From Anaerolineae bacterium (GTDB taxonomy: Bacteria > Chloroflexota > Anaerolineae > Promineifilales > Promineifilaceae), in NCBI GenBank assembly GCA_023382655.1, contig JAHDWK010000005.1, positions 348,138-372,137 on the forward strand: a stretch of 24,000 nucleotides of DNA. Direction: 5' to 3'. Every line of letters starts with the position of its first letter. The first letter of the stretch is position 1. A model generated the notes under the pieces. The model searched no databases. It worked only from the letters and a program-made list of their open reading frames with translations, and was not told the origin of the DNA. Positions 8,524-16,888 of this stretch are shown here, in pieces. The position numbers and the translations under genes are program-made.

Positions 8524-9978
8524 ATGGCACATTTGACCAAAACCGCTTATCTGGCCTACACGCAATGCCGCAAAGCATTCTGGATGGCTGCATACCGGCC
8601 CCATCTGGCTGCGCCGCCAGACCCCGCCACCCAGCGCCGCCTGCGCGCCGGGCAAGAGGTAGATGTGCGAGCCAGAGGGCAGTTCCCCGACGGCCGTACC
8701 ATCCCCTATCGCCCGCACCCGGAAGAGATGGCGTCGCTGACGGCACAGGCCATTGCTGAAGGCGCTACCACCTTGTTCCAGGCCACTTTCCACACCGCCG
8801 ATTTGCTGGTTAAGGTGGACATTCTCACCCGCACCGCAGACGGCTGGCATTTGATAGAAGTGAAATCCAGCACCCGTTATAAGCCGGAGGAGCACTTGCC
8901 CGATGTGGCGTTTCAGTGGTACGTGCTGCAACAGGCCGGGCTGCCCCTGGCCCAGGCCAGCCTGATGCACCTGAATGGCGACTGTCGCCATCCGGATTTC
9001 AGCAACCTGTATGCCCTGACTGACATCACCGCCGAGGTGCAGGTCTATCTGCCTCAGGTAGCGGCCGATGTTATCGTCATGCGCGAAACGATGGGCCAAA
9101 CCGAGACGCCGGTTGTGGGTATTGGCCGTCACTGTCGCCAACCTTATGCCTGCGCCTATTACGCCCACTGCTGGCAGGGTGTGGCTGGCGCGACCATCTA
9201 CGATGTTCCTTATCTCAAGCGGCCAACGGAGCAGCAGTTGGACACGGACGGCATCCGCTATGTGGCCGATATTCCGCCTGATTTTGCCCTGGGTGACAAA
9301 CGGGCTGCCGCCTTTGTGACGCAACTGCGGCAGCAGCAAACGGCCGTTGACGCCGACGCCATTCGCCGTGAGCTGGCTGCCCTGACCTACCCCCTGTACT
9401 TCTTCGACTTTGAGACGATTGATTACGCCATCCCCACCTTTACCGGCTGTAAACCGTATCAGCAAGCCCCTTTTCAATATAGCTGCCACGTGCTGCACGC
9501 GGACGGCACGTTGACGCACCATGTGTATTTGCACACAACGCCGGATGATCCGCGACGGCCGTTAATCCACTCCCTGCTCGAACACATCGGCGAAACGGGC
9601 AGTATCATCGTCTACCATGCCCCGTTTGAAAAAGGGCGGCTGAGAGAACTGGCCGATGCCTTTCCCGAACATGCGACCCGTTTATTAGACATGGTTGACC
9701 GCTTGTGGGACCAACTGGACATTTTCAAAAAACATTATCGGGATTATCGGTTTGGCGGCTCTAATTCGCTGAAATCTGTCCTGCCGGTGGTAGCGCCGGC
9801 GTTGAGCTACCAATCGTTAGCCGTGCAAAACGGGCAGCAGGCGCAGGTGGTATGGGAGCAGATGGTCGGGGAGGGGGACACGGCCGTGAAAGAGCAACTG
9901 GCCGCACAACTGCGTGCCTACTGCCATCTGGACACGCTGGCCATGGTGGAAATTCATCGCACCCTGGTTAATTTGTAG
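8524..9978 (+). CDS. DUF2779-type protein: Cas4/RecB-like PD-(D/E)XK nuclease fused to a DEDD-type exonuclease-like domain
   Basis: QCRKAFW...LLVKVDILTRTADGWHLIEVKSSTRYK...FQWYVLQQAG; Cys cluster HCRQPYACAYYAHCW (C-x5-C-x5-C plus N-terminal Cys); LYFFDFETIDYAIPTFTGCKPYQQAPFQYSCH; SIIVYHAPFEKGRLREL; YCHLDTLAMVEI. Confidence 0.85.
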   Translation: MAHLTKTAYLAYTQCRKAFWMAAYRPHLAAPPDPATQRRLRAGQEVDVRARGQFPDGRTIPYRPHPEEMASLTAQAIAEGATTLFQATFHTADLLVKVDILTRTADGWHLIEVKSSTRYKPEEHLPDVAFQWYVLQQAGLPLAQASLMHLNGDCRHPDFSNLYALTDITAEVQVYLPQVAADVIVMRETMGQTETPVVGIGRHCRQPYACAYYAHCWQGVAGATIYDVPYLKRPTEQQLDTDGIRYVADIPPDFALGDKRAAAFVTQLRQQQTAVDADAIRRELAALTYPLYFFDFETIDYAIPTFTGCKPYQQAPFQYSCHVLHADGTLTHHVYLHTTPDDPRRPLIHSLLEHIGETGSIIVYHAPFEKGRLRELADAFPEHATRLLDMVDRLWDQLDIFKKHYRDYRFGGSNSLKSVLPVVAPALSYQSLAVQNGQQAQVVWEQMVGEGDTAVKEQLAAQLRAYCHLDTLAMVEIHRTLVNL

Positions 9979-10017
9979 CCACCTGGCACAAGTGAGAGGC
10001 AAGGAGAAGGTGAAAAA

Positions 10018-12684
10018 ATGGCAGAAATTCAATTGCAGGTCAACGGCCGTACTCACACCATAAACGCCCATCCTGACACACCGCTACTCTACATCTTACG
10101 CCAGGACTTGGGGCTGAAAAGCCCCAAATATGGCTGCGGCGCGGAGCAGTGTGGCGCATGTAAAGTCCTGGTGGATGGCCAGGCTGTGCCCTCTTGCCAG
10201 TTGCCTGTACACCGCGTACAGGGTTTGCCCATCATCACGTTGGAAGGGTTAGGTACGGCCGAAAAGCCACATCCCCTCCAGGAAGCGTTTATGGCCGAGC
10301 AGGCCATCCAGTGCGGCTATTGTGCCAGCGGCATGATCATCGCCGCCCAGGGGTTGCTCAATCGGGTGCGCTACCCCAGCGACGACGAGATTCGGGGGGC
10401 GCTGGCCGATAACCTTTGCCGCTGCGGCGTCTATGACCGGGTGCGCCGGGCCATCAAGTTGCGTATTGGCCGCCCGGAGCCAGCGCCCATCTACGAAGTG
10501 CATCAGACAGAAACACCCGCGGAGACGGGGACGCCGCCCCCCTTACCGCGCAGCCTGCAACAGACGCCCGACCTGGATCGCTGGCTTCGTATCAATGCGG
10601 ACGAGACCATCACCATTTTCACCGGCAAGGTGGATTATGGTCAGGGGCTAAAAACGGCCGTGGCTCAAATTGTGGCCGAAGAACTGGATGTGTCGCTGGC
10701 ACGCATTCATGTGGTTATGGCCGATACGGCCCAGACGCCTGATGAGGGCATGACCACCGGCAGCATGTCCCTGGAAACAAGCGGTTTAGCCTTGCGCTGG
10801 GTGGCCGCCGCCGCCCGGCATCACCTCCTGTCGGTGGCGTATGAGGTCTTGGAAGCGCCACGTGAACGGCTCGTGGTCAACGATGGCCTGATTACCGACC
10901 CGGTTTCCGGGCGCAGCGTCACCTATGGGGAGTTGTTTGGCGGGCGACCATTCGGATTCCAGGTCACGGGGAATATCCTGCCCAAAGCACCAGAAACGTA
11001 TAATGTTATTGGGCAGCCAAGCGAACGCCTCGACCTGCTGCCCAAAGTGACCGGCGCGGCCACCTTCATCCACGATTTAGAGCTGCCGGGCATGGTTCAC
11101 GGCCGTGTCCTCCGCCCACCTCATGCTCATGCACGATTACTGTCAGTGGATGCAGCCACCGTAGCTGGGATGCCGGGTGTGTTACAGGTGGTACGGGACG
11201 GCCGTTTTCTGGCCGTTATTGCCGAACGGGAAGAGCAGGCCATCAACGCCCTGACCGCTTTGGCCGACAGTGCGGTTTGGGAAGGGTCGGCCCAATTGCC
11301 ACCCGCCGATCAGCTATACCGCGACCTCTTTGCCCAGCCAGACCAGCCGCTGCTCATCGTGGCGGGCACGGCCGTGGACGACCCCATTCCCCCGACCCCG
11401 ATTCCGCTTGAGGCGGCGCAAACGCTGCGGGCCACCTACCATCGCCCCTACCAGATGCACGCCTCCCTCGGCCCGTCGGTGGCCGTAGCCCATTTTGACG
11501 ACGGTAAGTTGACCATCTGGACGCAGGCGCAGGGCGTCTTTCCGCCCCGCGCCGCCATTGCCCACGTCCTGGGCATGAAAGAAGCGGACATTCACGTCAT
11601 ATACCGGGAAGGGGCGGGCGTTTATGGGCACAATGGCGCGGATGACGCGGCCCTGGATGCCGCCTTGCTGGCGCGGGTGCTGCCTGGCCGCCCCGTCTCG
11701 CTGAAATGGATGCGCGCCGACGAACATGGCTGGGAGCCATATGCTCCGGCGATGAAGATTGAACTACAGGCCAGCCTGGATAGTACGGGGGCGATCATAG
11801 ATTGGCAGCAAGATGTCTGGAGTCCTTCCCACCTGGGGCGGTCGCGTTCTGGGCCTGGTATTTCCGGTTTACTGGCCGCGGCTTATCTGGCTGACCCGCT
11901 GTGGCCGCCACCGTCAGCGCCAGCACGAGGTACACACAGCGGCAGCTATCGCAATGCCGACCCGCTGTATGCCTTTGCCCGGCGGCGGATTGTGGCCCAT
12001 CATTTGCCGACCAGCCCGCTGCGCGTTTCGGCCATGCGCGGCCTGGGGGCGGTGGCTAACGTTTTTGCCATCGAGTCGTTTATGGATGAGTTGGCCTACG
12101 CTTCCGGGCAAGACCCGGTAGCTTTTCGCCTGCGCCACCTGGCCGACGAGCGGGCCAAAGCGGTGATTGAAGCGGCGGCTATAAAAGCAGGTTGGCAAAC
12201 GGGCAGGCAGCAATTGGGTCACGGCCGTGGCCGGGGCATCGGTTTTGGTCAATACAAAAACCGGCAGGCGTATACGGCCGTGGTGGTTGACCTGCATGTG
12301 GATGACAGTGGGGAAATTCACCTGGAACACGCCGTCATCGCCGCCGATGCCGGGCAAATTGTCAATCCCGATGGGCTGAGTAATCAGTTGGAAGGCGGCT
12401 TTATTCAGGCGGCCAGCCTCACACTCTATGAACAGGTCACCTGGAATGAACAAGGAATTACCAGTTGTGATTGGGATAGCTACCCTATCTTACGCTTTCC
12501 CCAGGCGCCGGTGATTGAAAACGTGTTGTTGAATCGCCCCCACCTGCCGTTTTTAGGCGCGGGCGAGGCATCTCTGGGGCCAACGGCCGCCGCCATTGCC
12601 AACGCCGTCTTTGCCGCCACCGGGCAGCGCTGGCGCGATTTGCCGTTGACGCAGCAAAGTGCCTTTACCCGCACGACCACTTGA
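10018..12684 (+). CDS. Xanthine dehydrogenase/aldehyde oxidase-family oxidoreductase, fused 2Fe-2S subunit + molybdopterin-binding subunit (IorAB/nicotinate-dehydrogenase-like)
   Basis: N-terminus YGCGAEQCGACKVLVDGQAVPSC...QCGYCASGMI...NLCRCGVYDRV; C-terminal part FTGKVDYGQGLKTAVAQIVAEELDV, LPGMVHGRVLRPPH, VSLKWMRADEH, FLGAGEASLGPTAAAIANAV. Confidence 0.92.
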   Translation: MAEIQLQVNGRTHTINAHPDTPLLYILRQDLGLKSPKYGCGAEQCGACKVLVDGQAVPSCQLPVHRVQGLPIITLEGLGTAEKPHPLQEAFMAEQAIQCGYCASGMIIAAQGLLNRVRYPSDDEIRGALADNLCRCGVYDRVRRAIKLRIGRPEPAPIYEVHQTETPAETGTPPPLPRSLQQTPDLDRWLRINADETITIFTGKVDYGQGLKTAVAQIVAEELDVSLARIHVVMADTAQTPDEGMTTGSMSLETSGLALRWVAAAARHHLLSVAYEVLEAPRERLVVNDGLITDPVSGRSVTYGELFGGRPFGFQVTGNILPKAPETYNVIGQPSERLDLLPKVTGAATFIHDLELPGMVHGRVLRPPHAHARLLSVDAATVAGMPGVLQVVRDGRFLAVIAEREEQAINALTALADSAVWEGSAQLPPADQLYRDLFAQPDQPLLIVAGTAVDDPIPPTPIPLEAAQTLRATYHRPYQMHASLGPSVAVAHFDDGKLTIWTQAQGVFPPRAAIAHVLGMKEADIHVIYREGAGVYGHNGADDAALDAALLARVLPGRPVSLKWMRADEHGWEPYAPAMKIELQASLDSTGAIIDWQQDVWSPSHLGRSRSGPGISGLLAAAYLADPLWPPPSAPARGTHSGSYRNADPLYAFARRRIVAHHLPTSPLRVSAMRGLGAVANVFAIESFMDELAYASGQDPVAFRLRHLADERAKAVIEAAAIKAGWQTGRQQLGHGRGRGIGFGQYKNRQAYTAVVVDLHVDDSGEIHLEHAVIAADAGQIVNPDGLSNQLEGGFIQAASLTLYEQVTWNEQGITSCDWDSYPILRFPQAPVIENVLLNRPHLPFLGAGEASLGPTAAAIANAVFAATGQRWRDLPLTQQSAFTRTTT

Positions 12685-12762
12685 GTGGCGACCACTTGAG
12701 TCCCTCAAATTTGTATTCAGATGCTGGCGACTGTCCACACCGGGTGCCAGATTCAGGCACAC

Positions 12763-12794
12763 AAAAAAGAGCCATCTCGCGAAAGAGATGGCTC
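12763..12794 (-). terminator. Rho-independent terminator, minus-strand oriented
   Basis: GAGCCATCTC-GCGAAA-GAGATGGCTC (perfect 10-bp stem). On the minus strand it is followed by TTTTTT; no T-run on the plus side. Confidence 0.88.
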
Positions 12795-12821
12795 GTTGGA
12801 TCATGCGTGTGTTCGGTTGAA

Positions 12822-12884
12822 TTAGCAGCCGCAGCCACAACCAGAACCGCCACAGCAATCAGATTTTTGTTGCCGGACTAACAT
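12822..12884 (-). CDS. Putative 20-aa Cys/Gly-rich peptide MLVRQQKSDCCGGSGCGCGC
   Basis: ATG at 12884-12882, TAA at 12824-12822, GGAGGT seven bases upstream. Enclosed by a consensus promoter and a terminator; below the 60-aa cutoff of the ORF track. Confidence 0.6.
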   Translation of the reverse strand: MLVRQQKSDCCGGSGCGCGC

Positions 12885-12922
12885 CAGGTTTACCTCCATT
12901 TAGAATTTTTTGCTCACTACAC

Positions 12923-12971
12923 ATAGACGATCATCTATGCGTTATTATATAGAAGATCGTCTATATGTCAA
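12923..12971 (-). promoter_or_regulatory. Consensus sigma-70/A-type promoter with two palindromic operator-like boxes
   Basis: On minus strand: TTGACA (12971-12966), 16-bp spacer, TATAAT (12949-12944). Boxes ATAGACGATCATCTAT (12923-12938) and ATAGAAGATCGTCTAT (12949-12964), each one base off the perfect palindrome ATAGACGATCGTCTAT. Confidence 0.8.
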
Positions 12972-13061
12972 CCCCTACCCAATGACAATTCTCCGCGCGC
13001 TGGTCACCTGTGGATTCAGCGCCCATGAGGGCATGACCTGTCAAGGAAATATGCAACTCTT

Positions 13062-13096
13062 TTGAAATTTGTACAAGTCGCAGTATACTGAGTATA
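13062..13096 (+). promoter_or_regulatory. Likely promoter/autoregulatory operator of the padR-ABC operon
   Basis: TTGAAA (13062-13067), N16, TATACT (13084-13089). Palindrome TATAC-TGA-GTATA (13084-13096) overlaps the -10. AAGGAGA precedes ATG 13131. Confidence 0.6.
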
Positions 13097-13130
13097 ATAC
13101 CGGGTATATTCTTGCAAGGAGATTAATCTT

Positions 13131-13682
13131 ATGACTGTTCGCCACGCCATGCTGGCCTTGTTAAGCAATCACCCGAAGTTTGGTTTGCAGTTGCAACAGG
13201 AGTTTGAGTCGGGGACAGGCAAGGTATGGCCTCTCAACGTGGGCCAGGTCTACACGACTCTCCAACGCCTTGAACGAGATGGACTCATCGAATGTGAGAG
13301 TGGGGAAGTTAGGGGTTCACAGAAAGATTACAGAATTACCCCGGCCGGTCGCACCGAACTTACCAACTGGCTCCAGACACCGCCCGATTTAGAACCTCCG
13401 CCAAGGGATGAGCTGGTCATCAAAGTGTTGGCGGCCTTGCGGGTGCCAGGCATCAATGTGCCAGAGCTTTTGCAGATATACCGTCGCCACCTGGTTGAGG
13501 TAATGCAGGGCTACACCTATCTAAAAGCAGAGGGAGTAGATGACGATGTGGCCCTGGCCCTCATTGTGGATGCCCAACTATTCCAGCTTGAAGGGATTAT
13601 ACGGTGGCTCGATTCGGCCGATATTCGCTTGAGGCAATTCGCACCCACCGGCTCAGACATAGGTAATATTGTGGAGGTTTGA
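13131..13682 (+). CDS. PadR family transcriptional regulator
   Basis: MTVRHAMLALLSNHPKFGLQLQQEFE...WPLNVGQVYTTLQRLERDGLIE...KDYRITPAGRTELTNWL is a PadR winged helix, with Vir-like C-terminal region. Confidence 0.93.
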   Translation: MTVRHAMLALLSNHPKFGLQLQQEFESGTGKVWPLNVGQVYTTLQRLERDGLIECESGEVRGSQKDYRITPAGRTELTNWLQTPPDLEPPPRDELVIKVLAALRVPGINVPELLQIYRRHLVEVMQGYTYLKAEGVDDDVALALIVDAQLFQLEGIIRWLDSADIRLRQFAPTGSDIGNIVEV

Positions 13683-13685
13683 CAA

Positions 13686-14405
13686 ATGACTATAGCACTC
13701 GAACTACGCCAGGTATCAAAAGTCTATGGCGAAGGCCCAACGGCCGTTCGTGCCTTGTGGCAGATTGACTTGTCAGTTAAACGAGGCCAATTGGTAGCCA
13801 TTATGGGGCCGAGCGGATCGGGCAAAAGTACGCTGTTGACGATTGCCGGCAGCCTGGAGGGCCCAACCAGTGGTGAGGTGCTGGTTGGTGGCGCGGCACT
13901 GTCGAGTCTGTCGCGCGATGACCGGGCACGGCTGCGCTGTCGATCAATCGGTTATGTATTTCAGGACTTCAACTTGTTGGCAGGGCTTACGGCGGTAGAG
14001 AATGTGGGGCTTCCTTTGGAGCTGGGCGGTGCGGCCGTCAAAATCGCCCGGTCAGCCGGAATGCAGGCCCTTGAGGCGCTAGGGATCGCGGATCGGGCTG
14101 CCCATTATCCTGATGAACTATCGGGTGGTGAACGACAACGGGTCGCCATTGCTCGAGCCATCGTTGGCGAGCGCTATTTACTGCTCGCTGATGAACCAAC
14201 CGGAGCTCTGGATTCAGTGAATGGAGAGGCGGTGATGCGCCTGCTGCGTACTGCCTGTCAACGTGGGGTAGCTGGTGTTGTTGTAACCCATGACGCTCAA
14301 TTGGCCTCTTGGGCCGATCGGGTCGTGTTTTTGCGCGATGGGAGGGTGGTTGACCAGACTTCATCGCCGAGATTGGAGGTTGCTTACACGGAGGCGATGC
14401 CATGA
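13686..14405 (+). CDS. ABC transporter ATP-binding protein, LolD/MacB-like
   Basis: Walker A GPSGSGKST, Q-loop VFQDFNLL, signature LSGGERQRVAIARAI, Walker B LLLADEPTGALD. Confidence 0.96.
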   Translation: MTIALELRQVSKVYGEGPTAVRALWQIDLSVKRGQLVAIMGPSGSGKSTLLTIAGSLEGPTSGEVLVGGAALSSLSRDDRARLRCRSIGYVFQDFNLLAGLTAVENVGLPLELGGAAVKIARSAGMQALEALGIADRAAHYPDELSGGERQRVAIARAIVGERYLLLADEPTGALDSVNGEAVMRLLRTACQRGVAGVVVTHDAQLASWADRVVFLRDGRVVDQTSSPRLEVAYTEAMP

Positions 14406-16888
14406 GCCAATCAAGCCTTATTTCAATACGGAAAGGGGCAGGCGATGGCGGTCTTGCGGCTCGTCGGGCTGTGATCCGTTGGGCGTGGCGGCTGTTTCGC
14501 CGTGAGTGGCGGCAGCAACTGTTGGTATTGGGTCTGCTTACCCTGGCTGTGGCTACGGCCGTTTTCACTGCTGCATCGGCTTACAACCTGGCTCCTGTGC
14601 CGGGTAATGCTGAGTTTGGTATGGTAAATCATTACCTCCAGTTCAATGCCATTACGCCAGAAGGATTGGCGCAGGATATTGCCTTTGCCGAAACACAGTA
14701 TGGTACCATTGAGGTCATCGGCCGTTGGTTTGTGGCAGTACCTGGCTCAGTAGAGAGCATCGAGTTTAGGGCGCAAAACCCGCAAGGGGCTTATAGTGGG
14801 CCGATGTTGGCGCTGCTAGACGGCCGTTACCCCACCCACGCTGATGAAGTTGCCGTAACGGATGATGTGGCGGCAACCTTCGCTCTGGGCATTGGCGACC
14901 CCTTTGCCCTTGATGGTGTGGCGCGGACGGTGGTGGGCATAGTCGAAAATCCCAGCGACTTAAATGCTGAATTTGCCCTGGTGTCCCCCTCGTCCGATGA
15001 ACTACCGCAAGAGGTGATAATCCTGGTTGAGGCCACTGACGAGCAGGTGATCCCCTTTCGCGCACCCAGTGGAGCGACAACAACGAGGGCACGGCGGCCA
15101 GGCAACGAAGATGTAGTCGCCGCTGTAGGCGTCTTTGGCTCCACAGCCGTGACAATGCTGCTCATCGCGCTCGTCGCTACGACCAGTTTTATGGTGATAG
15201 CCCAGCGCCGCCTGCGCCAATTGGGTATGCTGGCGGCTGTCGGCGGCACCGAAAAGCACCTTCGTCTGGTGACGGTTGCCAGTGGGGTGATGATTGGTCT
15301 CCTGGCAGGGGTCATTGGTGTGGTGATCGGCCTGGCAGCCTGGTTGGCGGCGACGCCATTCATGGAACCGGTTGTTGGCTTTCGCATTAACCCGCTCAAT
15401 GTTCCCTGGTGGCTGATCGCTACCAATATCCTGCTGGCAATTATCACTGCCAGCGCAGCCGCCTGGTGGCCCGCACGTAGAATGGCGCGAATCCCTATTA
15501 TTCTGGCCCTTTCCGGCCGTCCACCCAAGCCGAAGCCAGCCCGACGTTCGGCAGCACTGGCCGGATTTTTTATCTTGGGCGGTGTCGTTTGCCTTGTCCT
15601 GGCCAACCAGACGAGCCAACTGCTTATTGTCATCGGTACTGTGGCGACTATCCTGGGGGTGCTGCTTATTGGCCCGTTTGTGCTCCAGGCTGTCGCCGCC
15701 GCAGCTGGATCGTTTCCCATTGCGGTGCGGTTAGCACTGCGCGATTTGGCCCGTTATCAGGATCGTGCCGGGGCAGCATTGGCGGCGATTAGCCTGGCTT
15801 TGGGTATTGCCGCAGCCATCGTCATCACTTCGGCGGCCGCAGAATTTACGGCCGACAAAGGCAACCTGGCCGAGAATCAGCTTTTAATTCGGACGGGCAC
15901 AGCGGTGCAGTCAGAGGGGGACAGTATTGGGGGACCATTTGTGCCAGACAGGACCCCCGCTGAACTGGACAACCTTGAAGCACAGATTACCCGATTGACG
16001 ACCGTATTGAACAATGCAGCGGTGATCCCTTTAGACGTAGCTTTCGACCCGGCGATGGAACCAGATCCCGCGTTTGGGGGGCGACCCACTGTTACCCTGG
16101 GCGAATACACCGATTTGGGTGGCATTAGCGGCTATCGAGACCTGACGCTGCTTTATGTGGCTACACCAGAGCTGCTCCATTATTATGGAATTGATGTGGA
16201 GACGATTGATCCGGCTGCAGAAGTTCTCACAGTCGAAACAGGTGAAATCAGGTTTATCGGCGTGTCCCGCTTGCCAGGCACGCGGCCGGAATTGGTAGCC
16301 AATTTTGAGCAAATATCTCCCAGTTATTCGTCGCTGCCTGGTTCATTTATCACACCGGATGCTCTGCGCCAGCGTGGTTGGGAAACGGCGCCGGTGGGCT
16401 GGCTGATTGAGGCCAATGGACCGCTCACCGCTGAGCAAATCGCTGCCGCCCGCCAGATTGCCGCAGATGCTGGTTTGACAATTGAATCACGCGACCACCA
16501 GGAAGGTTTGCTGGCCCTGCGTTCACGGGCAACGGCCGTTGGTTTATTCGTCGCCCTGGCTATTCTGGCCATGACCGTCGGCCTCATCCGCAATGAAGCA
16601 GCGGGTGATCTCAGAACACTGACGGCTGCAGGAGCTACGAGCAGGATTCGCCGCACTCTGACAGCGGCTACTGCTGGCACACTTGCCCTGCTTGGCGCTG
16701 TGCTAGGTACGGCGGGGGCATATGTCGCGCTCATCGCCGGGTACATGAGCGATATTTCAGCCCTGCGTCATGTGCCGGTTCTCAACTTACTGCTCATCGT
16801 GGTCGGTATTCCGTTGATCGCGGTGATGGCTGGCTGGATCATGGCTGGACGCGAACCGGTGATGCTCAGCCGACAACCTATCGAGTGA
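14402..16888 (+). CDS. FtsX/MacB-like ABC transporter permease
   Basis: Starts by ATGA overlap with the ATPase; multiple TM segments with two FtsX-like repeats (IALVATTSFMVIAQRRLRQLGMLAAVGGTEKHLRLV...; LFVALAILAMTVGLIRNEAAGDLRTLTAAGATSRIRRTLTAATAG). Confidence 0.93.
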   Translation: MSQSSLISIRKGAGDGGLAARRAVIRWAWRLFRREWRQQLLVLGLLTLAVATAVFTAASAYNLAPVPGNAEFGMVNHYLQFNAITPEGLAQDIAFAETQYGTIEVIGRWFVAVPGSVESIEFRAQNPQGAYSGPMLALLDGRYPTHADEVAVTDDVAATFALGIGDPFALDGVARTVVGIVENPSDLNAEFALVSPSSDELPQEVIILVEATDEQVIPFRAPSGATTTRARRPGNEDVVAAVGVFGSTAVTMLLIALVATTSFMVIAQRRLRQLGMLAAVGGTEKHLRLVTVASGVMIGLLAGVIGVVIGLAAWLAATPFMEPVVGFRINPLNVPWWLIATNILLAIITASAAAWWPARRMARIPIILALSGRPPKPKPARRSAALAGFFILGGVVCLVLANQTSQLLIVIGTVATILGVLLIGPFVLQAVAAAAGSFPIAVRLALRDLARYQDRAGAALAAISLALGIAAAIVITSAAAEFTADKGNLAENQLLIRTGTAVQSEGDSIGGPFVPDRTPAELDNLEAQITRLTTVLNNAAVIPLDVAFDPAMEPDPAFGGRPTVTLGEYTDLGGISGYRDLTLLYVATPELLHYYGIDVETIDPAAEVLTVETGEIRFIGVSRLPGTRPELVANFEQISPSYSSLPGSFITPDALRQRGWETAPVGWLIEANGPLTAEQIAAARQIAADAGLTIESRDHQEGLLALRSRATAVGLFVALAILAMTVGLIRNEAAGDLRTLTAAGATSRIRRTLTAATAGTLALLGAVLGTAGAYVALIAGYMSDISALRHVPVLNLLLIVVGIPLIAVMAGWIMAGREPVMLSRQPIE

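Noticed and set aside
8509-9534. 341-aa minus-strand ORF opposite the DUF2779 gene
   Set aside because: Antisense shadow ORF of a well-supported CDS in GC-rich DNA; no recognisable domain.
12665-12853. 62-aa minus-strand ORF MAVLVVAAAANSTEHTHDPTSHLF...
   Set aside because: It runs through the terminator hairpin and lacks a ribosome site, whereas the overlapping 20-codon ORF starts right after GGAGGT and ends before the hairpin.
12822-12884. Considered calling the 20-aa peptide the cargo of the NHLM exporter
   Set aside because: It lacks a long NHLP/Nif11-type leader and has its own distant transcription unit; proximity alone is not enough, so it is reported only as a peptide candidate.
14827-15720. 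297-aa minus-strand ORF opposite the ABC permease
   Set aside because: Low-complexity Ser/Ala/Thr shadow of the permease coding strand.
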